From: Escherichia phage Greed
Length of the DNA: 60,042 bases
Sequence record: KX534337
Direction: 5' to 3' (one strand)
In this document: piece by piece, positions 26,944 to 37,287 of the stretch
How positions within the stretch are numbered: the first letter of the stretch is position 1
Layout: every line of letters begins with the position of its first letter
Notes under the pieces: model-generated
The model's input: only the letters and a program-made list of their open reading frames with translations
Database searches by the model: none
What the model was told of the DNA's origin: nothing
Position numbers and translations under genes: made by a program

Positions 26944-27392
26944 TGCTTGGATACGATTTCATTAATGATGCATTTAATAAGATGCTACGCGAAGCAGTTG
27001 GACCGGATATTGGTATAGCGTGGAAGAATAAGAAGTTCACACCTAAAGCCAACCAGATGTGGTTAAAGGCAATCAATGCTCCCGCTTCCACTTACGCTGC
27101 AACGCTAGGTGATAACGGTCTGAATGAAATTCCAGGCTTCTACCAAATCACAGTATATAGTCCTTTAAACACTGGAACGTCTAAGCAGAATCAAATCTTG
27201 GATTCTATTCGGAAAAAGTTTAAACTGGGCTTGCGTATCCCGTGCCCGGATGACCACACGTTACGGATTGTCAGTTTAGACTTTTCGCAAGGTGGACAAA
27301 CTTCGCTGAACGATTTTACCAAAGGCGGGGTTGAAGATAACTGGGACGTTAACTTTATCACAATCTATTGGTCGGCTCGTGAGCCGAGGTAA
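26943..27392 (+). CDS. Putative tail terminator protein
   Basis: 149 aa immediately upstream of the major tail protein; synteny-based. Confidence 0.35.
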   Translation: MLGYDFINDAFNKMLREAVGPDIGIAWKNKKFTPKANQMWLKAINAPASTYAATLGDNGLNEIPGFYQITVYSPLNTGTSKQNQILDSIRKKFKLGLRIPCPDDHTLRIVSLDFSQGGQTSLNDFTKGGVEDNWDVNFITIYWSAREPR

Positions 27393-27406
27393 GAGAGGAT
27401 CTAAAT

Positions 27407-28330
27407 ATGGCTACAGGTTCACGTTATTCGTGTTACTACGTCAAAGAAGATGTAAGCAACACTACGCCAGCGAGTGCGAAGTTTACTCCGTTCCGTGTGA
27501 CCAGCTCCGGTCTGGACATTAATATTGCAACGCTGGAATCTGAAGAACTGCGCGATGACGCTGAAACTGCGGACTTCCGCCTCGGTGCTCGCAGTGTTGA
27601 AGGTACAGTAACGGGCGAAATGTCCTTCGGCACCTTCGATGATCTTATTGCTGCTGCACTTCGTGGGGAGTGGCAAGACAACGTCCTTAAAGGCGGTATT
27701 ATCCGTCAGTCATTTACTTTCGTAGACTATAACGCAGATCTACCGTCAGGTAAATATACAATTTATCGCGGTTGTGAAGTTAACAGCATGACTTTCTCAT
27801 TGTCTGCTGAAAACATGACCACAGTAGAGTTCGGTATTGTTGGTCGTTCTATGGAGATTGCGGAATCCTTACCTGCTGGATCTTCTATCAAAGCGCGTAC
27901 AACTACTTCTCCGATGGACGGCTTCTCTGGTCGCTTGCTGGAAAACGACGAAGAGATTAGCGTTATTACGGAAATCGGTCTTACTGTTGAAAACGATATT
28001 GCACCGCGCTTTGTTGTTGGTTCTAAGTTCTCCATTGAACCGTCCGCTGGTCGCCGTGCGGTAACTGGTACAGCTAACGTTTACTTCCTGGATAACAAGC
28101 TGCGTATGAAGTATCTGGATGAAGTGGAAACTTCAATCAAGTTTGATCTGATTGACCCAAGCAATCCGGAACAAAAATACACTGTGGAAATTCCTCGCGT
28201 GAAATTCACTGAAGCTCCGCGTCCTATTGACGGTGAAGGGGATATCATGCTTAATATGGGCTACCGCGGATTGCTGGACCCAGCAACCGCAAGTTCCATC
28301 AAAATTACCCGCGTTGTAGCGGGAGGCTAA
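27407..28330 (+). CDS. Major tail protein
   Basis: 307 aa, strong RBS, located before the chaperone/tape-measure genes. Confidence 0.55.
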   Translation: MATGSRYSCYYVKEDVSNTTPASAKFTPFRVTSSGLDINIATLESEELRDDAETADFRLGARSVEGTVTGEMSFGTFDDLIAAALRGEWQDNVLKGGIIRQSFTFVDYNADLPSGKYTIYRGCEVNSMTFSLSAENMTTVEFGIVGRSMEIAESLPAGSSIKARTTTSPMDGFSGRLLENDEEISVITEIGLTVENDIAPRFVVGSKFSIEPSAGRRAVTGTANVYFLDNKLRMKYLDEVETSIKFDLIDPSNPEQKYTVEIPRVKFTEAPRPIDGEGDIMLNMGYRGLLDPATASSIKITRVVAGG

Positions 28331-28339
28331 GGATAAGAA

Positions 28340-28747
28340 ATGACCGACACCAAAAAAGCCAAAGTTGTAGTAGCTAAAAGCTTCCGTGATTTTAAAACTG
28401 TGAGCCGGGCTAACGACCCGGCAAACACTAAGCCAATGAATGTGGTTATTCCTGGTGTAGGCGACACTGGCGAAAAACTCTACATTCGTAGCCGCTACTG
28501 CACAGAGTACCGTGATGCCGAACTGAAAGCACAGCGTCAACTGTTGGCGCTTATGCAGGGTAAAGACGGTGAAGTAACGGATGCTATGAAGGAAGATATC
28601 CTTACCCGTTCACTGTGTAACCTTGTAGCAGGTTGGACTTTTGACGAGCCACCGACTGTTGACAACGTGTTTGAGTTCTTAACGGAGAACCCAACTGTCC
28701 GAGAAGATCTTAACGTATTTGCCGCTAAAGATAGTAATTTTTTCTAA
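28340..28747 (+). CDS. Tail assembly chaperone (gpG-like)
   Basis: 135 aa ORF directly upstream of the tape measure gene, ending in a slippery heptamer. Confidence 0.55.
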   Translation: MTDTKKAKVVVAKSFRDFKTVSRANDPANTKPMNVVIPGVGDTGEKLYIRSRYCTEYRDAELKAQRQLLALMQGKDGEVTDAMKEDILTRSLCNLVAGWTFDEPPTVDNVFEFLTENPTVREDLNVFAAKDSNFF

Positions 28748-29145
28748 AAGCGCGCAGACAGTTAATTGATAAGAAGATCCTCCAATGGGAACTAAATAGC
28801 AAAGTCCCCGGCGGGGGATCTTCTTTATTATCGCAACTGCAAAAGGTTGAGGAACAGTCTGGTAAGACGCCACCTAAGCTTAAAGAATATCGGGAAAAGG
28901 AAATACCGGTTTGCTTTGAATACCTGTCTACTTTATTTGATGACATTTACACTGGAGGGGATTTTAGTTATACAGAATTGCACAGCTATCAGGTAACAAT
29001 GGGCTTACATCTTCAACCGTACGAATGCGAAATACTGCGACAGCTATGGCTTGAAAAGCGCGTGTCTGAAGCTGAACAAAATGCTAAACTCATGGAAAGT
29101 CAAATGCAAAATCAGAATAAAGGTAGAAGGAAAAGGAGAAGGTAA
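28340..29145 (+). CDS. Tail assembly chaperone frameshift product (gpGT-like; -1 shift at 28738..28744)
   Basis: Slippery heptamer T_TTT_TTC at the last codons of the 28340 ORF; the -1 frame has no start codon but stays open for 134 codons to TAA at 29143, overlapping the tape-measure ATG. Confidence 0.55.
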
Positions 29146-32100
29146 TGGCCGAAACTGCTTCGCTAGTAATCAGAGTTGACGCGAAAGGGATTAGCACAGC
29201 GGACTCCATGCTGCGCAACCTTGCGCGTACAGGTGACACAGCGGAGCGTTCCGCTCAACGTGTCACATCCAGCTATAAAACATTGTCTAACACATCTAAC
29301 GAACTTGCAACTGTCACAAGTCGTTTAGATGCTGCAATTGTAGGAATGATCAGCGTTGACACCATTAACCGTGTTATTTCGCTATCGGACTCCTGGACTA
29401 TCCTCACCAACAAACTTGAACTGGCTCGTACGGGTAATGAAACCGTTGCGGATGCACAGCAACGCGTGTTTGATATTGCCCAGCGGTCACGTACAAGCTT
29501 GGAAGCAACTGCAACTCTATATTCCCGTCTCCAGCGTGCAATGAAGAATACTGGTATGACGGGTATGGAGCTTGGACGTATCACTGAAACAATTAACAAA
29601 GCGATGATTGTTTCCGGTGCAACGTCACATGAAGCAAGCGCTGCTCTTATTCAGTTTTCGCAAGCAATGGCATCCGGTGTTTTGCGCGGGGATGAATTCC
29701 GTTCTGTTGCAGAACAAGCCCCGCGCTTAACTCAAATCATGTCCGATGCATTAGGTGTTACCATTGGACAATTGCGTGAAATGGCTTACAGCGGCAAGTT
29801 GAGCGCCGATGTGGTTATCAAATCGTTGTCTGGTGCTGCGGATACAATTGATAAAGAATTTAGCCGCACTATGCCAACGTTTAACCAGCAATGGACGGTT
29901 GCAACAAACAACTTGACTAAGTTCATGGGCGAATCCCAAAAGACTCAAGGTGCGGTTGCTGCATTGGGACAGACGTTTGTTGCGTTATCCAAAAACTTAG
30001 GAACGGTTGTAACAGTTGGTTCAGCTTTAGCCACAGTAATTACCGCCCGTATCATTACGGCAATGCTTGCTAAGACTAAAGCGTCTATAGCTGCTGCAAA
30101 AGCATCGCAGATGGAAGCTGCACAAACGGCGGCAACTACTGCGGTGATGCAAAGCTCTATTGGCGTTACCGCGCAGAAAGCGGCTGCGGATCGTGCTGCT
30201 TCTCTTGCAGCGTTACAGGTTGCTCGCGGGTCATTAGCGGTTGCTAAAGGTACGGCAGCGGAAGCAGGCGCACGTCTTGCGCTTATTAACGCTACCCGTG
30301 CGCATTCTGCGGCAATTATGGCGGACGTACAAGCGCGGCAAGCGCTCAATGCTGCACTTAATGCAACTGTACCAGCCGCAAGCCGGGCAGCTACAGCAAT
30401 GAGCGTGCTGCGCGGTGCTATGGGGTTAATTGGCGGTCCTGTTGGTGTAGCAATGCTGGCAGCGGGTGCAATTTACTCTTATAAAGCATCGCTGGAAGCT
30501 GGTCGTGCGGAAAACAATCAGTTTGCGGATAGTGTTGATTCTGTACGCGAGAAACTGATGCAGATGACAGAAGCTCAGTTGGCAGCTAACGCAGTTAAAG
30601 CTCGCGCAATCCTCCCCGAACTTGAAGAGCAAATGAAGCGGGAGCAAACTGCTCTTAAATCTGCAACGGAAACGCAGAAGTTCTATGAAGCACAATTAAA
30701 ACGTCGTGCTGCGTCCGGTCGTGATACAGCTAGTGCTGAGAAAAATTTACAGATTGCTACGGATAACGTCAAGCTTGCTGCTGAACGTGCTGAAGAAGCT
30801 CAACGCCGTTACAACAATGTCTTAGAAATGACAAGCCCTGCTATCGAGAAGATAATTCCGTTAGCTCGTCAGCTTGCAGCGGATATGAAAGCAGTGCTTA
30901 ATATCAAATCCGGTCCGCTTATTGACGAGAAAGTGCTTGATCGTTTTAAAGGTCAGTTAGGTGACGTTAACCGTGAGATTGACGTTAACACGGTCAAAGG
31001 TGCTGGTAACGCTCGCCAGGCTGCAATCCTTAGTGGGCTGTATCAAACTCTGGGCAAAGATGCAGACACCTACGGAAGTCTAATTCGCAAAGTAGCTATG
31101 GGGCAGGATGTTAGCTCTGAAGCAACAAGCGAGTCCGCAAAAGAACTTGTTAAATATGCTCAAGAGCTAGCGGAAGCTTACGGCAAGAATTATGATCTCG
31201 AGGAAGCGGAGAGGAACCGAACTAAAGCGACAAAAGACGGTATTAAAGCAGAACAACAGAACGCCAAAGTTATTGACGATTTACGCAACAAGCTTAACGA
31301 AGTAACCACAGGGGTTAAGGAAAACGCTAAAGCTAAAGCGCAAGCTGTAGCACTCAATAAGTTAAATGCGTCCGCAACGGCTGCGGAAAAAGCAGAAGTT
31401 GTTAGTCTTGCTGCTGCAATTTACGATGCAGAAGAAGCTCAAAAGAAACTGGACGATCGTAAGAAGAATCGTAAGTTTGCTCAGGGTCTGTTAGATGAAG
31501 GTATGACAGACTACGCGCAAATTGAATACGAGATGCAAGAAAAGATTATGAAGCTTCACAGGGATCAACAAGCGGATGATCTTGAGCATTATAAGCTCTA
31601 CGAAGATGCAAAGACGCAAGTCCTGAAGAAAGCAAGTATGGAAAGAGAAAATCTGGATAAAGTTCTTATGAACCGAATGATATCCTTTTCTCAGGAATCC
31701 TTAGGCATTATAATGGATGGCCTGTCACAGGCTGTAAGCCAGCAGAACTTCTTTTATAAAGCTATGTTTGCAGCACAGAAAGCAATGCAAATCCCATCAA
31801 TCCTTGCCAACACGGAAACGGCAGCATCTGCGGCGCTTGCATGGGGTACACAGCAAGGAGGTGCTACGATGGGTGCAACAATGGCAGCTATAGTGAAAAC
31901 TATGGGTTATGCGTCCGCTGCTACTGTGGGTGGCTTAGCGATCGCTGGTATGGCTCACGACGGTATTGATAACGTTCCGCGTGAAGGTACATGGCTGCTG
32001 GATAAGGGTGAACGTGTACTTAATGCTCCGTCTAATGACAAGTTAAATCGCTTCCTGGATAGCCAAGCTTCACAACAAGGTGGCGTGAATATGTCCGGTG

Positions 32101-32261
32101 GTGTTAGCATTGTTCAGTATATCACGGTGCAAGGGAATGGCGATGCAGCACTCACACAAGCCATGCAAAAAGCGGCCCGTGATGGCGCTGAGCAGGGATA
32201 TAATAAAGTTCTTAATGACTTTGCATCCCGAGGAACAATTCGTAGAACTGCAATGGGGTAA
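29145..32261 (+). CDS. Tape measure protein
   Basis: 1038 aa, Ala/Gln-rich helical protein with hydrophobic segments, directly after the chaperone pair. Confidence 0.8.
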   Translation: MAETASLVIRVDAKGISTADSMLRNLARTGDTAERSAQRVTSSYKTLSNTSNELATVTSRLDAAIVGMISVDTINRVISLSDSWTILTNKLELARTGNETVADAQQRVFDIAQRSRTSLEATATLYSRLQRAMKNTGMTGMELGRITETINKAMIVSGATSHEASAALIQFSQAMASGVLRGDEFRSVAEQAPRLTQIMSDALGVTIGQLREMAYSGKLSADVVIKSLSGAADTIDKEFSRTMPTFNQQWTVATNNLTKFMGESQKTQGAVAALGQTFVALSKNLGTVVTVGSALATVITARIITAMLAKTKASIAAAKASQMEAAQTAATTAVMQSSIGVTAQKAAADRAASLAALQVARGSLAVAKGTAAEAGARLALINATRAHSAAIMADVQARQALNAALNATVPAASRAATAMSVLRGAMGLIGGPVGVAMLAAGAIYSYKASLEAGRAENNQFADSVDSVREKLMQMTEAQLAANAVKARAILPELEEQMKREQTALKSATETQKFYEAQLKRRAASGRDTASAEKNLQIATDNVKLAAERAEEAQRRYNNVLEMTSPAIEKIIPLARQLAADMKAVLNIKSGPLIDEKVLDRFKGQLGDVNREIDVNTVKGAGNARQAAILSGLYQTLGKDADTYGSLIRKVAMGQDVSSEATSESAKELVKYAQELAEAYGKNYDLEEAERNRTKATKDGIKAEQQNAKVIDDLRNKLNEVTTGVKENAKAKAQAVALNKLNASATAAEKAEVVSLAAAIYDAEEAQKKLDDRKKNRKFAQGLLDEGMTDYAQIEYEMQEKIMKLHRDQQADDLEHYKLYEDAKTQVLKKASMERENLDKVLMNRMISFSQESLGIIMDGLSQAVSQQNFFYKAMFAAQKAMQIPSILANTETAASAALAWGTQQGGATMGATMAAIVKTMGYASAATVGGLAIAGMAHDGIDNVPREGTWLLDKGERVLNAPSNDKLNRFLDSQASQQGGVNMSGGVSIVQYITVQGNGDAALTQAMQKAARDGAEQGYNKVLNDFASRGTIRRTAMG

Positions 32262-32264
32262 TAT

Positions 32265-32849
32265 ATGCTCACTTGGCCCGAAGAAATTAGACCGTCTGAG
32301 ATGGAATGGTATCTAGTTTCAAACTCTGTAGAATTTACAAGCCCCTTCAATGGGGCTTCCCAAACTGTGTCCTATCCTGGATCACGATGGGAAGCAACGT
32401 TGACATTTAGTAATTTAAATGACTGGCAATCCAGAAAGCTCGAATCAACATTAGCTAAGCTTGATGGTAAAGCTGGTCGAATTATGCTTCAAGATTTTGG
32501 TCGTTGGGGACGCGCACCGATTGGATCACCTGTGGTTAACGGTGCAAACAATACAGGGACAACTTTATCAACTAAAGGTTGGACACCTAATAGAAAGGTT
32601 TTATGGGAAGGGGATTACATCGCAGTAAACGATGAATTAAAATTAATAACCGAGGATGCTTGGAGCGATTCTTCTGGCAACGTGATATTAAATATCGCCC
32701 CGATGCTAAGGACTATTCCACCGAATGGGGCTAAAATCGAGACTCAAAAGCCACAAGGGGCTTTCCGGTTAGCGGAAAATACTAACGGGGTTAAGCGTCA
32801 GCCCGCTTTTAATAATTCATTCACTCTAAAATTCTCGGAGGCGTTCTAA
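32265..32849 (+). CDS. Minor tail protein (distal tail, gpM-like position)
   Basis: 194 aa immediately after the tape measure gene; synteny-based. Confidence 0.45.
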   Translation: MLTWPEEIRPSEMEWYLVSNSVEFTSPFNGASQTVSYPGSRWEATLTFSNLNDWQSRKLESTLAKLDGKAGRIMLQDFGRWGRAPIGSPVVNGANNTGTTLSTKGWTPNRKVLWEGDYIAVNDELKLITEDAWSDSSGNVILNIAPMLRTIPPNGAKIETQKPQGAFRLAENTNGVKRQPAFNNSFTLKFSEAF

Positions 32850-33433
32850 TGCTATTCAGTCCTTTCAGCGATACGCTTCTCAACGCAATGGAGCAGTCGA
32901 ACGTTAGTCTGGTACTTGCTGCGGAAATTGACTTTCCTTCTGGTGTAACGCGTGTGCATACTGGGACAGGGCTTGTTGTTATTAATGGTCAAACTTTCCT
33001 TGGCGTTGGTACTCTTGGGGACGTTGGGTCAGTGACTGAGGAAAACAGCACTAGCTCCAGCACAATGTCCATGGCGCTTAGCGGTCTGGACATGAGTCTT
33101 GTTGGGGAGACATTAAACGAAGAAGTTATCGGGCGTAATGTTGTTTGCTATATTGCAGTAATGAACGAGCAAGGAAATGTCATTGCTGCTAATGTTTTAT
33201 TTGAAGGTTTTATTACCGACACGGCATTAAAAGCTGGTCAACAGAATGCATTGAGTTATGTTATTTCCAACGTTTTTGAGCGTTGGTCACAAGGTTTACC
33301 GGATCGCTATACAGATGAAAGTCAACAGCGTTTATATCCGGGCGACCGTTTCTTTAGATACATTGCACAAATGGCTGAACGTTCAATCTTTTGGGGGAGT
33401 AAGAAAGATGCGCCAGGGTTCTCCTATGAGTAA
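32849..33433 (+). CDS. Minor tail protein (gpL-like position)
   Basis: 194 aa, ATGC overlap with the upstream gene; synteny-based. Confidence 0.45.
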   Translation: MLFSPFSDTLLNAMEQSNVSLVLAAEIDFPSGVTRVHTGTGLVVINGQTFLGVGTLGDVGSVTEENSTSSSTMSMALSGLDMSLVGETLNEEVIGRNVVCYIAVMNEQGNVIAANVLFEGFITDTALKAGQQNALSYVISNVFERWSQGLPDRYTDESQQRLYPGDRFFRYIAQMAERSIFWGSKKDAPGFSYE

Positions 33434-33842
33434 GTTACCGGGCTGGCAGACACGTTTATTAACCACAGTAAAGGAGTTGTCATCGACTCCTTTTTCTTGG
33501 GGTGAAAATGATTGCTGCACCTTCGCGGCTAAATGTGTTGATGCGCAATACGGCACAAATATCTACGAACAAGTCGCTGGAAAATATAGTACAGAGCTTG
33601 GAAGTAAAAAGTTCACTATTGAAAGAGTTGGAACCGCTTACCTTCCATTGTTATTGGATACCTACCTCAGCGAACGAGTTGACAAGAACTATGCGCAAAG
33701 AGGTGATGTGGTTACATTTGAGGGAGCATTGGGCTTAACTGCTGGCATATTATGGACTGGATATGTATGGGCTATGGGTCCGAACGGTGTGGAAACATTC
33801 CCGCTTAATAAGATCAAAATTACGGATATTTGGAGGGTCTAA
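33426..33842 (+). CDS. Tail assembly protein with NlpC/P60-like motif (gpK-like C-terminal half)
   Basis: ATG at 33426; GENDCCTFAAKC and QRGDVVTFEG resemble the NlpC/P60 Cys region of lambda gpK. Confidence 0.45.
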   Translation: MSKLPGWQTRLLTTVKELSSTPFSWGENDCCTFAAKCVDAQYGTNIYEQVAGKYSTELGSKKFTIERVGTAYLPLLLDTYLSERVDKNYAQRGDVVTFEGALGLTAGILWTGYVWAMGPNGVETFPLNKIKITDIWRV

Positions 33843-36800
33843 TGCCACCAGCAATAATTGGAGCAGCAATAGCTTTAGGTGCGTCGGCTGCTGCTGCGGC
33901 TAGTATTATTTCGGCCACTACCGCTCTCGTTATCGGTATTGCTGCAACCGCGGCAGGTGCTCTTTTAACTAAGACACCAAATATGAACTTTGATGCTTAC
34001 AAGGGGCAGCAAGAGCGTAAACAGGTTCTGCGTGCAGCTACAGCGTCACGTTCTGTTGTATATGGCACGACCGTAGCGTCCGGACTATTAGCATTTGCGG
34101 AGGAAGAAGCTGGAGATCAAGATGAAGGTGAATGGATGCATCTTGTTGTCGTTCTTGCTAGTCATAAATTGGAAGGTATTGAAACGATTTGGTTGGGTGA
34201 TGACGGAATTGATTGGTTTGGTGAAAACGCTACTTGGGAGTTCCATAACGACCGTCAGACTGTTGACCCATTCATGTTAAAACATTGTCCTTCCTGGAAG
34301 GAGGATATGATTGGCAAGGGTATTGCATGGCTACGTTTAAGCTTAAAGTTTGATGCTGAAAAATTCCCATCCGGTTTGCCAAACGTCAAGGTGTTGAAAA
34401 AGGGACGTAGAGTTTATGACCCACGTTCCGGTCAAACTGTCTTTAGCGATAACGCTGCTCTTGTTATTCTTGATTATTTCCGCACGTATTTAAAGCGAAA
34501 GGACGAGAATATTAACTGGGACCAATTCAAGGAAGCTGCTAACATCTGCGATGAGTTTGTTACTAACGCAGATAACACTACGGAAAGACGCTATCGCATT
34601 AACGGTGAGTTTGAAGTGGACGAAGCACCTGCCAAGATCCTTGATGCTATGCTTGAAGCTTGCGGTGGGGAACTAACCTATATTGGCGGTAAGCATGGTC
34701 TGTTAGTTGGTGCTTATTACGGCCCGGCCACCATGACTTTGGATGAAAGCTGCATTGCTGGGGATATCAAAATAATCCCTGAGACGTCTTATAAAGAGCG
34801 TACCAATACCATTACAGGTACATTCGTCGACCCGAAGCAAACATACGCTGAAGCAGATTTCCCTCCAGTTGTGGTTAAGGAATGGGTGGAAAAAGATGGC
34901 GGTGAAATAACGCAAGACATGGATTTCCGCTTTGTTACAAGCGAATATCAAGCTCAACGTCTTGCTAATATTATTTTACGTCGTAAGCGTGTTGGTCGAA
35001 CAATTGAAGTGCCGTGTAACATGAAGGGGTATAAATTCCGCCCGGGCATGTATGTCAACGTAACCATTTCAAATATCGGAATGAAAAACGTTGAGATGCG
35101 CGTTACTAAATGGTCATTCGATCCTAAAGGTGGGATTAATCTTGTCCTTCGTCAAGATTTCCTGGAAATGTGGGACGACGCTATTGGTAAACCAATGGAG
35201 CGCCCGGATCTGGTAGACCTTCCGTCTGGTGCTATTGCTCAACCGCAAAACCTTCAGTATCAGGTATTGCAAATTAGCGATGTTGTGCAGGGTGTTTTAA
35301 CGTGGAGCAATATTGGACAGGTGGCATATAACCGCGTAGCCGTGCGACAGGGAGGTACAACGGTTTGGACCGCACAAGTCCCTGGCCAAAACGTTCGCGT
35401 TACTGGGTTGCTGCGGGGCGCGTATACAGCGCATGTTCAAGCGGTAGCTTATAGCGGGGCAATATCGCCTGAAGCATATCTGGAATTTAATATTCAGGCT
35501 CCGCCGCCACCAACATCTATTGAAGTACAACAGGGTTACTTTGCTATAAGCCTGATCCCTAAATCTGCGGACCTTGCAAACGTTAGCACGCAGTATGATT
35601 TTTGGACTTCCGGTGAAACAAGATTGTCATCTGTGTCTACAGAGGTTGTTGAGCGTGAAGCAACTCGTAAAGGTATGGGCACAACCTGGACTTCGGAAGG
35701 TTTGAAGAATGACCACACTTATTACTGGTATGTCCGCACCATTAACGCTTTCGGATCATCTGCATTTGTAGAAGTAGCTGCATTGTGCTTTACAACAGCT
35801 ACAGATTTGATGCCACAAATTGATTCTGAATTTAAGAAGACGGAGACTTATAAAGAGCTCACTACTGAAATCACAGGTGTTAAAGATGGAGTTACTCAGC
35901 TTAGCCAAACTGTAGTAGAAACTGAACAGCGTTTAAGTCAAAGCGTTAGCAATGTTCAACAAAGCGTTATTACTTTGGATGGTGTTGTTCAGGATCAGGG
36001 CGTTACCATTAACGAACAAGGACAGCTCATCGATGCACAGGGTAAGTTGATTGACACTCAAGGTAAGACTATTGAAACGGTTAGCGCGACCGTGCAGGAG
36101 ACAAGTAAAGCAGTTGTAGATCTGGAAGGTAATGTTAACGCTCAATGGGGTGCTAAGGTACAAGTTGACAGCAAAGGGCAAAAATACGTTGCTGGTATCC
36201 AGCTAGGTATGGAGGGTTCCGGTGGGGCTGTTCAGTCTTACTTCATGGTAAGCGCTAACAACTTTGCTATCTATAACCCGACAAATAGCGTAGCAGAACT
36301 AGCATTTGCTGTTAAGAACGGTCAAGTGTTCATGAAGGCTGCGTTTATTGAAAATGGTACTATTGACAGCGCTAAAATTTCAAATCAAATTCAGTCAACA
36401 AACTACGCAAACAATAGCGCGGGTTGGATGATTAACAAGAATGGTAGCGCTCAGTTTAACAACGTAACGATAAGAGGTACTGTATACGCTAGCAACGGAT
36501 CTTTCACAGGCACAGTGAACGCAACAAGCGGTAAATTCAAGGGTACTGTGGAAGCTACCAGTTTTGTGGGTGATGTTGCGAATATGTGTGTCATTGCTGA
36601 GTCTGCAATACCAAACACACAAACTACAAGTTCAAGAACCTGGACAAAAACTTTCAAAGACTCATCTGGTTCAACATTATCTAAAGACTTTGTGTTGCTA
36701 TTAAGTTATAGTTTAACCGCATATACATCAAATCAGGCAAGTCGTATAATTGTGACTGCTAACATAGGGGGGACATCAATCACAAGGAGGATTGAGCGAG

Positions 36801-36964
36801 CTGCTAATGGTCCTGCCATGGATGTAACCATACCTTTAGCAGTGAAAGGAAAGACAGCGTCGAGCGTAACAATAAGCGTTAAGGAGGAGTATACGAACGT
36901 CTATGGGAGCTACTTGCGCCCGTCTGTAATATTAATGACTCGCGGAACTGGTAGTTGGTCGTAA
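33830..36964 (+). CDS. Central tail fibre/host-specificity protein (gpJ-like) with N-terminal gpI-like hydrophobic segment
   Basis: 1044 aa; segments align with lambda gpJ (VAGIQLGMEGSGG vs VAGIGLSMEDTEEG; fibronectin-like region YYWYVRTINAFGSSAFVE vs YYFYIRSVNTVGKSAFVE); the first 45 residues are an Ala/Gly-rich hydrophobic stretch like the gpI C-terminus. Confidence 0.75.
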   Translation: MEGLMPPAIIGAAIALGASAAAAASIISATTALVIGIAATAAGALLTKTPNMNFDAYKGQQERKQVLRAATASRSVVYGTTVASGLLAFAEEEAGDQDEGEWMHLVVVLASHKLEGIETIWLGDDGIDWFGENATWEFHNDRQTVDPFMLKHCPSWKEDMIGKGIAWLRLSLKFDAEKFPSGLPNVKVLKKGRRVYDPRSGQTVFSDNAALVILDYFRTYLKRKDENINWDQFKEAANICDEFVTNADNTTERRYRINGEFEVDEAPAKILDAMLEACGGELTYIGGKHGLLVGAYYGPATMTLDESCIAGDIKIIPETSYKERTNTITGTFVDPKQTYAEADFPPVVVKEWVEKDGGEITQDMDFRFVTSEYQAQRLANIILRRKRVGRTIEVPCNMKGYKFRPGMYVNVTISNIGMKNVEMRVTKWSFDPKGGINLVLRQDFLEMWDDAIGKPMERPDLVDLPSGAIAQPQNLQYQVLQISDVVQGVLTWSNIGQVAYNRVAVRQGGTTVWTAQVPGQNVRVTGLLRGAYTAHVQAVAYSGAISPEAYLEFNIQAPPPPTSIEVQQGYFAISLIPKSADLANVSTQYDFWTSGETRLSSVSTEVVEREATRKGMGTTWTSEGLKNDHTYYWYVRTINAFGSSAFVEVAALCFTTATDLMPQIDSEFKKTETYKELTTEITGVKDGVTQLSQTVVETEQRLSQSVSNVQQSVITLDGVVQDQGVTINEQGQLIDAQGKLIDTQGKTIETVSATVQETSKAVVDLEGNVNAQWGAKVQVDSKGQKYVAGIQLGMEGSGGAVQSYFMVSANNFAIYNPTNSVAELAFAVKNGQVFMKAAFIENGTIDSAKISNQIQSTNYANNSAGWMINKNGSAQFNNVTIRGTVYASNGSFTGTVNATSGKFKGTVEATSFVGDVANMCVIAESAIPNTQTTSSRTWTKTFKDSSGSTLSKDFVLLLSYSLTAYTSNQASRIIVTANIGGTSITRRIERAANGPAMDVTIPLAVKGKTASSVTISVKEEYTNVYGSYLRPSVILMTRGTGSWS

Positions 36965-36971
36965 TAAATAA

Positions 36972-36995
36972 TTAACCCCTCAAACGAGGGGTTAA
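36972..36995. terminator. Bidirectional rho-independent terminator
   Basis: TTAACCCCTC/GAGGGGTTAA stem with AAAC loop, flanked by A/T runs on both sides; lies between the convergent gpJ-like and lipoprotein genes. Confidence 0.55.
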
Positions 36996-36998
36996 TTT

Positions 36999-37232
36999 TC
37001 AATAATCGATCACACAGTTTGAAGGTGAGCCAATTCGTCGGTATTCGTGATCAATTTCATGGCACCATTGCCCAGTCATTGGAAGCTTTTCGGTATCATA
37101 AATTAAAGAACCGTTACCATCGCGATCCAAAGGTTTTGGAACGACACCGGAATTAGGTTTACCAGTATTTAAACCATTACCACATGCAGTAAGGGACAAA
37201 CATAATACCAGCATAATTAGAGCGTGTTTCAT
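36999..37232 (-). CDS. Small lipoprotein, candidate superinfection-exclusion protein (Cor/Llp-like by context)
   Basis: 77 aa; signal peptide MKHALIMLVLCLSLTACG with lipobox LTAC; encoded antisense inside the tail module next to receptor-binding genes. Confidence 0.5.
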   Translation of the reverse strand: MKHALIMLVLCLSLTACGNGLNTGKPNSGVVPKPLDRDGNGSLIYDTEKLPMTGQWCHEIDHEYRRIGSPSNCVIDY

Positions 37233-37247
37233 CGGGACTCCTTTGTG

Positions 37248-37276
37248 TTGTTGTCAAGGTTCAATTTTAATATACT
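37248..37276 (+). promoter_or_regulatory. Putative promoter for the tail fibre gene
   Basis: TTGTTG, 17-bp spacer, TATACT in the 70-bp divergent intergenic region. Confidence 0.3.
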
Positions 37277-37287
37277 TGTTGTGTTGA

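Noticed and set aside
29945-30349. 134-aa minus-strand Ala-rich ORF
   Set aside because: Antisense to the Ala-rich part of the tape measure gene
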